The position numbers and the translations under genes were made by a program. A DNA stretch of 62,431 bases, counting the filler, from Nitrospirae bacterium CG2_30_53_67 (lineage in GTDB: Bacteria; CG2-30-53-67): NCBI GenBank assembly GCA_001873285.1. It is 4 parts of 4 records of this genome, joined end to end, with 100 filler letters (N's around TTAATTAATTAA, not from the genome) between each part and the next. Parts side by side here need not be neighbours in the genome. Positions count along the whole stretch, not along the records: positions 55,748 to 62,431 come from MNYV01000063.1; 3 more parts are not named here. The stretch is one strand, 5' to 3'. Of this stretch, positions 56,057 to 62,431 are shown piece by piece (position 1 is the first letter of the stretch; every line of letters starts with the position of its first letter). The notes under the pieces are model-generated. The model was not told the DNA's origin. It worked only from the letters and a program-made list of their open reading frames with translations, and did not search any database.

Positions 56057-57388
56057 ATGGCTTTTACAGTTTTTGCAGACCGGAGCGGGAAGATTTATGA
56101 TCATCCTGAACTGGAGCTCTCCGGGCAATCCGGGCGGCAATGGATCCGTATCCCTGAATCGGAATTGATCCCGCTTCCTGAGGGGAGCAAGCTTTTTACC
56201 ATGCCCGGACGCGCCGCCGTGGGATGGGATCCCAAGACCGCGGCGTATTCCGTGTTCAACGGCTGGAAAAGCCTCGATGAGAACCAAGGTATCAAGCCTC
56301 ACCAGGCCCATTCAGGATCCTTCACGGCCGTGGCCGCTTTTCTCCCTGCCGGTTATACCCGCCTTTATCTTCCGGCGGTGTCGGTCGAAAAACCGAAGCC
56401 TTACCTCCCCCTCTGGACCTACACGTCCGTTGGGTGGACGGAACAAGGGTTCTGTGCGCCGGCGGTACGGATCGATCCCATGACCCACTCGGAACCCTGT
56501 CATTATGACGACCGTGAAATCATAAAGCACGTGGAGAAACGAATCGCCATGGACCCGGGGAACCGCCTTCTCCGCCATCTGAAGCGCTGTGCCCTTTCCG
56601 ACCATTGTTTCGCCGCAAAAAATCTTTTCATGGGGCGATGGGAGGCCCCGCTCCCCACCTCCCCGTCATGCAATGCCTCTTGCGCGGGGTGCCTTTCCTT
56701 GCAGCCCGAAAACGGGTGCGCCGCCTCTCAGGATCGGATCGATTTTGTCCCGACCCCGGATGAGGTGGTGCGTACGGCCCTTCCCCATCTTAAGCATGTG
56801 AAACAGGGGATCGTCAGCTTCGGCCAGGGGTGCGAAGGTGAACCCCTGCTTCAGTCCGCCCTCCTTTGCAAGTCCATCCGCAGGATGCGCCAAGAGACCG
56901 AGCTGGGAACGATCCATCTCAACACCAACGGGTTCTCTCCTCAATCCATCAAGGGCCTCAGAAAGTCGGGCCTGGACAGCATCCGGATCAGTCTGAATTC
57001 ACCACGAGAAGAGACCTACCAGGCCTATTACCGACCCAAGGCTTACCGATTCAGGGATGTGATCCGTTCCATTGGTACGGCCGTGGACTCGGGGCTTTAC
57101 ACCGCCATCAACCTCCTGGTCTTTCCGGGCATCACGGATCTGGAACCCGAGGCTGCGGCCCTTCTCGATCTGATCCGAAAGACCCGCGTGCAGATGATTC
57201 AAATGAGGAATCTCTCCATCGATCCTGAAATCTATCTCAATCTTTTCCCGTCGCTTTCCGGCCGGGCCATCGGAATCCTTAACCTCATTCGGCTGCTGAG
57301 AAAAGAGTTCCCGCAGATGGAGATCGGCTATTTCAACCGCCCCAGGGAGTTATTCAAAAAGCAGTTGGTCCGGGAGTTGACGATCTGA
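56057..57388 (+). CDS. Radical SAM protein of unknown function
   Basis: CNASCAGC, SFGQGCEGEPL and NTNG; extra CALSDHC. Confidence 0.88.
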   Translation: MAFTVFADRSGKIYDHPELELSGQSGRQWIRIPESELIPLPEGSKLFTMPGRAAVGWDPKTAAYSVFNGWKSLDENQGIKPHQAHSGSFTAVAAFLPAGYTRLYLPAVSVEKPKPYLPLWTYTSVGWTEQGFCAPAVRIDPMTHSEPCHYDDREIIKHVEKRIAMDPGNRLLRHLKRCALSDHCFAAKNLFMGRWEAPLPTSPSCNASCAGCLSLQPENGCAASQDRIDFVPTPDEVVRTALPHLKHVKQGIVSFGQGCEGEPLLQSALLCKSIRRMRQETELGTIHLNTNGFSPQSIKGLRKSGLDSIRISLNSPREETYQAYYRPKAYRFRDVIRSIGTAVDSGLYTAINLLVFPGITDLEPEAAALLDLIRKTRVQMIQMRNLSIDPEIYLNLFPSLSGRAIGILNLIRLLRKEFPQMEIGYFNRPRELFKKQLVRELTI

Positions 57389-57440
57389 CTTCCGGACGGC
57401 AAGGTTCTTCTGTCCGGAGGCAGGATGCATAGAGAGTCTT

Positions 57441-57914
57441 AGATCATCTCCAAAAGAGTAGGTGAAACCATCAGGGGTCAAGGGGCCAAGGAGTCAAGGG
57501 GTTGAGTGAAGTGCTTTTCAAGACTTGAGGGGTCAAAGATTCAAGGGGTTGAGTGAAGTGCTATATAGCCTTGCATAAATAAGGCTACATATTGTCATTC
57601 TCCGGCTTGACCGGAGAATCCAGATTTTTTTCTCTGGATTGCCCGATCAAGCATGCCCTCCGATCCCCCGATCAAGTCGGAGGACAGGCCCGATCGGGGG
57701 GTCGGGCAATGACGATAGAGCAGACAAGATTAAGTATACTATGCAACGTTAAGAATAATATTATGTCGCTTTAATTATGCAATAATATATAAAAAACATC
57801 AGGGTTCAAGGGTTCCAGTGTTATTCTCTGGAAATTTTGCTTGCATTTAAGTATTTCACTTGACCCCTTGGACCCTGGAATCCTCGAACCCAAGATACGT
57901 TTGGGAGAAAAACC
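57441..57914. mobile_element. Composite MITE with nested palindromic REP-like element
   Basis: Ends AGATCATCTCCAAAAGAGTAGGTG and TGGGAGAAAAACC match the two ends of the 7661-7800 element; GGGGTCAA octamers; nested GTCATTCTCCGGCTTGACCGGAGAATCCAG...GGGCAATGAC. Confidence 0.65.
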
Positions 57915-57964
57915 AGAATTTCAGATGATAATCAAATGCACCATGATGTCCAGAGGAAGGAACA

Positions 57965-58606
57965 ATGAAACAGAATCCCATTGAAGTGATCTTCTTTGAT
58001 CTTGGGCGGGTGCTGGTTGATTTCGACCTCCACCGGATCGCGGAAAGGCTGTCTCTTGCATCCAGCGGCCGAGCGCGGTTGGACTCGAAAACCCTTTTTG
58101 AACGGGTCTTTGGTCCTGAACAGGGGCTCTCAAATGACTTCAATGCAGGCAGGATCAGCCCTGAAACATTCTATTTTAGGATCGCCGAGGAATTCGATCT
58201 TTCACTCCCGTTCGATTCCTTTGCTCGGATCTGGGCCGAGATTTTCACGGAAAACCGGGAAGTCACCCGGATGATTGAAGAGCTGGCAGGACATTTCCGG
58301 CTCTTCCTGCTCTCGAATACCGATCCCATCCACTTCAAATATATCGTGAAAACATTTCCAGTACTGCGGCTCTTTGAATCCTGGATCCTCTCCTATGAAG
58401 TGGGTGTATGCAAGCCTGATGAGAAAATTTATCAGACAGCCCTCAGCTATGCCGGGGTCAGCGCCGGCCGCGCCGTTTATATAGATGATGTAGAGGAATA
58501 TATCCGGGCGGCTGAAAAACTCGGGATCCGGGGGATCCATTTTACATCCGCAGAATCCTTGAAAAAGGACCTGACGGCGCTTCTCCCTTTCCGATTCAGA
58601 CCCTGA
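57965..58606 (+). CDS. HAD-superfamily phosphatase (YihX-like)
   Basis: FFDLGRVL, LLSNT, KPD and YIDD. Confidence 0.92.
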   Translation: MKQNPIEVIFFDLGRVLVDFDLHRIAERLSLASSGRARLDSKTLFERVFGPEQGLSNDFNAGRISPETFYFRIAEEFDLSLPFDSFARIWAEIFTENREVTRMIEELAGHFRLFLLSNTDPIHFKYIVKTFPVLRLFESWILSYEVGVCKPDEKIYQTALSYAGVSAGRAVYIDDVEEYIRAAEKLGIRGIHFTSAESLKKDLTALLPFRFRP

Positions 58607-58641
58607 ATCAAAGCAGCTTATAGAGGGGGACGGATCTTCAT

Positions 58642-59784
58642 TCAACGCAGGAGTTTCAGGATATTTCGTGCGAGCTTCTCCGGGTCATGGCGAACCTTTT
58701 GATCATCGCTTGACAGCAGATCCGCTTCAACAGGATGGACTCCCATCCTGCGGATTTCTTCTATATCATAGCGCGTGGCTTCGGCCCCTTCGCCGTGGTA
58801 ACGGGACTTAAGATGAAGGGGAAGCGGGGCATGGTTGATCAGGACATGATCAATCAGGCGAAAGCCTGCGTGTTCATGGATCACACGGATATGATCTTCC
58901 ACGGTGAAGCCCCGTGTCTCCTCCGGTTCAGTCATGAGATTCGCGACAAGAATCTTTCCGGCGGGCGATCTTTTGATCGCGTCGGCCACCCCGTGAATCA
59001 TCAAATTCGGCAGGATGCTGGTATAGAGGCTGCCGGGACCGATGATGATCCCATGGGCTTTCTCCAGTGAAGCGATGGACTGATCCAGTGGTCTTGCGCC
59101 CTCCGGTTCGATCATGATCCGGCGGATCGGCTTTGGACAGGCATTGATCGCGGTCTCGCCCTCGATCATGGATCCGTCGGCAAGCTCCGCCCTGAGAACG
59201 GCTTTTTCCAGCGTGGCGGGAAGGATCTGCCCGTTAATAGCCAGGATGGAACTGAGGTCCGAGACGGCCTTGAAAAAACTCTGATTGATTTCGGATAAGG
59301 CCGCAAGGATCAGGTTCCCGAGACTATGGCCCGAAAGCCCGTTGTCACCTTTGAAACGGAATTTCAGCAGCTTCGCCATCAGGGATTCATTCTCGGAGAG
59401 TCCGATCAGGCAGTTTCGGATATCCCCCGGCGGAAGGACGTTGAGTTCATGGCGCAGGCGGCCGGAACTCCCCCCGTCGTCGGTCATAGCGACGATGGCG
59501 GTGAGCCGCTCTCTAAAAGACGGCTCGATCATGTTTTTATCGGAATTCGTGAAGAGGTAGTGTTTCAACCCTCGAAGCAGAACCGGCAGACCGGTTCCTC
59601 CGCCGATGGAGACGATACGAAGATGGGGGTCCACCTGAAGCTTCCCCCCTGAAAGATCCTGCCCGGGTTCCATCTCCCAACGGGTCATCCCGGTATGCGC
59701 ATCCACTACGGAACGGTAAGAAACCTCCCTGACGATTTCGTTTCCTTCTTCGTCATAGAGACGGATCGGGATCTTTTTCTCCAT
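58642..59784 (-). CDS. YvcK/GlmR (UPF0052, CofD-like) protein
   Basis: IGGGTGL, TDDGGSSGRLR, PPGDIRNC, GHSLGNL and GPGSLYTSI. Confidence 0.93.
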   Translation of the reverse strand: MEKKIPIRLYDEEGNEIVREVSYRSVVDAHTGMTRWEMEPGQDLSGGKLQVDPHLRIVSIGGGTGLPVLLRGLKHYLFTNSDKNMIEPSFRERLTAIVAMTDDGGSSGRLRHELNVLPPGDIRNCLIGLSENESLMAKLLKFRFKGDNGLSGHSLGNLILAALSEINQSFFKAVSDLSSILAINGQILPATLEKAVLRAELADGSMIEGETAINACPKPIRRIMIEPEGARPLDQSIASLEKAHGIIIGPGSLYTSILPNLMIHGVADAIKRSPAGKILVANLMTEPEETRGFTVEDHIRVIHEHAGFRLIDHVLINHAPLPLHLKSRYHGEGAEATRYDIEEIRRMGVHPVEADLLSSDDQKVRHDPEKLARNILKLLR

Positions 59785-59842
59785 AAATTCAGGATAAACG
59801 ATTTTGTTTTAGAAACCAAGCGGAAACTTTTTTCAAGAACCC

Positions 59843-60104
59843 GGGTGTGCGACAAATTTGTGGGTAAATATTTCTCTAAGAACGTCATTCCCCGACCCCC
59901 CGATCAAGTCGGGGGGCATGCTTGATCGGGGAATCCACCCTTCGGCAGGCTCAGGGTGACAATTGTCATGGTGAGCTTGTCGAACCATGGATTGTCCGGT
60001 CAAGCCCCGGTAAACCGCCCCGGCAAGCCGAGGGCAAGAGGGGAAGCCGGACAATGACAAACATATATAATCCTGATGTTTACCCATAAATTTGTCGCAG
60101 ACCC
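59843..60104. mobile_element. MITE with 26-bp terminal inverted repeats carrying palindromic repeats
   Basis: GGGTGTGCGACAAATTTGTGGGTAAA and TTTACCCATAAATTTGTCGCAGACCC (24/26); flanks CAAGAACCC and CAAGACCCC (8/9, probable target duplication). Confidence 0.8.
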
Positions 60105-60210
60105 CAAGACCCCATTCATCTTGCCTTTTTCATTAATGAATGCTAACATGGTCTTAAAAGCGTTGTAATTTTAATGAGTTATGGAGATTTCAAGAAAGGG
60201 CATCCCCTGC

Positions 60211-62431
60211 ATGATCACCCAAAATGATCTCGTGATCAGCGAGAAAAATTATAAAAGGACCCGCCTTGTCCTCGACATCCTTCGCCGGTTTCTCAAGGTC
60301 AACATCAAGGTCCATAACCTGACCGGCCAGTTTGAAACAGGGGACATTTTCCTTTTTAATCATTTCGCCCGCTTTGAGACCTTTATCCCACAGTACCTGA
60401 TCTTTGAGGAGACCGGGAAGATCAGCCGTTCCCTCGCCGCTCCCGAACTGTTCAGGGATGATACCTTCGGAAAATATCTCATGAGTATCGGCGCTGTTCC
60501 CACGAATCTGCCGGACATTATCCATTTTATGGCCTGTGAGATCAACCGCGGATACAAGACCATTATATTTCCGGAAGGTTCCATGATCAAGGACCGGCGG
60601 GTTTTAGGACCCAAAGGCCGTTTCCGGATCTATGCAAGAGAAGAAAAGACCTACCGCAAACCGCACACGGGAGCGGCGGTGATCGCCCTTTATGCCCAGC
60701 AGTTGCGAGACCTTTTCATCCTGACTTATGAGAGGAAAAATCAAAAAACCCTCAAGCAAATTTCATCCCTGTTTAAGATCGATGACCCTGAGCGATTCCT
60801 CTCGACCGCATCCCGGCCGGTGATGATCATCCCTGCCAACATCACGTTTCACCCCTTGCGGGGGGATGATAATTTTCTCAGAAAGATTTCAGAACGCATG
60901 GGAAGGATCAAGAACAACCGGATGGAAGAGGAACTGATCATAGAAGGGAATATCCTGTTCAAGGATACGGACATGGATATCCGGCTCGGAGATCCCATTC
61001 CGGTCAAGGACTATCTCGGCCGCACGGATTCCTTGCTCTTAAAATCGAGATATTTCATGATGAATGAAGCGATGCTGAAAGGCGCGGCCACCCGCCTGCT
61101 CAACCGCCTGGAGATCGTCCGTTCAGAGATCCTTTCCGAACGGATCATGACCCAATACATGAAATCCATCTACTCCCTGGTGACCGTCAATATGGAACAC
61201 CTCTGTGCCGAGATCATCTATGAGCTGATCCGGAAATATAAACAGCGTGAGGTGTCCAAAACTTTTTTTGTCCGCTCCCTTTATCTGACCATTAAGAAGC
61301 TTCAGAGAGCCGAGGGCGTTTTTCTTCACCGCGGTCTTCAGAACCCGGACCGGTACGATTCACTGCTCAAGTTCACCAACCGGGACCTCAGGGACTTCTT
61401 GATCAATGCGGCAGCTTCCGGGCTGATTCAGGAGAAGGATCATCAATACCTATTCCTGCCGGCGCTTGAGCAGAGCTACGACTTCGACGTCATTCGTATC
61501 AAGAACTTCATCAAGGTCCGCTACAATGAGGTTCAGCCCGTTCCTGCGGTCAGGGAGATGGTACATGAAGTCCTGACCCAATACGACAAGCTCAACACCC
61601 CGCAATCCAGGGCCGCTCTGCTCTATGATGACGACAAGAGAAGCTATGTCTGGGATCAGGCCATTTTTTGCAAATCAAAATATGAGGAGATCAACAAGGA
61701 GGAAACCAGGGTCCAGCCCGGAGATCCTTTCTTTTTCATACCGGAGCATGGCGTTGAACCCAAGGCGGGGGTCCTGCTGATCCACGGGCTGAGCGCCTCC
61801 CCTGCCGAGATGAGGCCTCTCGGGGAGTTTCTCTCCGAGCAGGGTCTTTTTGCCTACGGCGTGCGCCTTAAAGGACACGGCACCTCCCCCTGTGACCTGG
61901 ATTTCAGAAAAATAGACCAGTGGTATCATTCGGCTTTCCGCGGGTGGGAAGCGCTTCGATGTTACTGCGATAAGATATTTGTCGCGGGATTTTCCATGGG
62001 GGGATGCATCGCATTGAAGCTTGCCGCCGAACATCAGCATGAGGTGACGGGGATCGTCTCTATCTCCACACCGCTCCGCATCCGGAATAAGAATATCTTA
62101 TTTGCAAGCCTCGCCAACCAGATCAACAGGCTGGTGGCCGTCCTTCCCTACCTCAACGGCATCAAGAGATTCAAAAAATCCTTTCCCGAAAATCCTGGGA
62201 TCAACTATCAGAACATTCCCATCAGCGCGATCCATGAATTCAAAAAACTGATGGAACAGACCGAGGTCTCTCTGGGGGAGATCTACCAGCCGGCCCTGAT
62301 CATTCAGAGCAAGGGAGACCCCACCGTAGATCCGGTCAGCGCAGAGATGATCATGAAAGGAATTACTTCCAAGGACAAACGGCTGCTGCTGATTGATTCA
62401 AATAAACACGTCATCGTCCTGGACAAGGGTT
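60211..62431 (+). CDS. Lysophospholipid/glycerol-phosphate acyltransferase fused to a C-terminal alpha/beta hydrolase (3' partial)
   Basis: Manual translation: FNHFARFE and IFPEG (acyltransferase); LLIHGL, GFSMGG, GDPTV and KHVI (Ser-Asp-His triad); absent from the ORF track because it runs off the window. Confidence 0.85.
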   Translation, partial: MITQNDLVISEKNYKRTRLVLDILRRFLKVNIKVHNLTGQFETGDIFLFNHFARFETFIPQYLIFEETGKISRSLAAPELFRDDTFGKYLMSIGAVPTNLPDIIHFMACEINRGYKTIIFPEGSMIKDRRVLGPKGRFRIYAREEKTYRKPHTGAAVIALYAQQLRDLFILTYERKNQKTLKQISSLFKIDDPERFLSTASRPVMIIPANITFHPLRGDDNFLRKISERMGRIKNNRMEEELIIEGNILFKDTDMDIRLGDPIPVKDYLGRTDSLLLKSRYFMMNEAMLKGAATRLLNRLEIVRSEILSERIMTQYMKSIYSLVTVNMEHLCAEIIYELIRKYKQREVSKTFFVRSLYLTIKKLQRAEGVFLHRGLQNPDRYDSLLKFTNRDLRDFLINAAASGLIQEKDHQYLFLPALEQSYDFDVIRIKNFIKVRYNEVQPVPAVREMVHEVLTQYDKLNTPQSRAALLYDDDKRSYVWDQAIFCKSKYEEINKEETRVQPGDPFFFIPEHGVEPKAGVLLIHGLSASPAEMRPLGEFLSEQGLFAYGVRLKGHGTSPCDLDFRKIDQWYHSAFRGWEALRCYCDKIFVAGFSMGGCIALKLAAEHQHEVTGIVSISTPLRIRNKNILFASLANQINRLVAVLPYLNGIKRFKKSFPENPGINYQNIPISAIHEFKKLMEQTEVSLGEIYQPALIIQSKGDPTVDPVSAEMIMKGITSKDKRLLLIDSNKHVIVLDKG

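Noticed and set aside
57470..57562. Repeated GGGGTTGAGTGAAGTGCT units as a CRISPR array
   Set aside because: Only two copies, the spacer is itself repetitive, no cas genes; part of a MITE

Overview
Bacterial DNA, probably from a Desulfobacterota/Nitrospirota-like anaerobe (inferred from gene content). The window is four contigs joined by artificial 100-nt linkers (N-run, TTAATTAATTAA, N-run) at 24939-25038, 49655-49754 and 55648-55747, so adjacency across these gaps is unproven. The headline is a minus-strand respiratory locus (169-14762). It encodes a DmsE/MtrA-type decaheme cytochrome, an MtrB/DmsF-type outer-membrane barrel, a triheme lipoprotein, a TAT-exported TtrA/SrdA-like molybdoenzyme, a 4x[4Fe-4S] subunit and a TorD chaperone, with no NrfD/TtrC-type membrane anchor. 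Upstream lie a sigma54 promoter with an IHF site and two candidate enhancer sites, and an operon encoding TauE, an AioX-like binding protein, a kinase, a sigma54 activator and a pentaheme cytochrome. This looks like a porin-cytochrome conduit wired to an oxyanion (S/Se/As) reductase. Next comes a decaying defence island: SNF2/YqhG-like pair, NotI-like and SfiI-like restriction-modification (RM) genes, chimeric methyltransferase remnants and a small Cys-rich ORF with an in-frame UGA. Contig 2 carries an integron with attI downstream of intI and a precisely bounded EcoRV-like RM cassette, BrnTA, a TPP-riboswitch thiamine operon whose ThiH slot holds a HydG-type enzyme, pilB-pilT-pilC-pilS-pilR, lapAB and an attC-terminated dcm-vsr-HNH unit followed by a type III Mod gene. 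The rest holds toxin-antitoxin (TA) modules, DUF366-queE, an ISAs1-like end, MITEs and palindromic repeats, and an acyltransferase-hydrolase fusion. All assignments are motif-based; no database searches were run.
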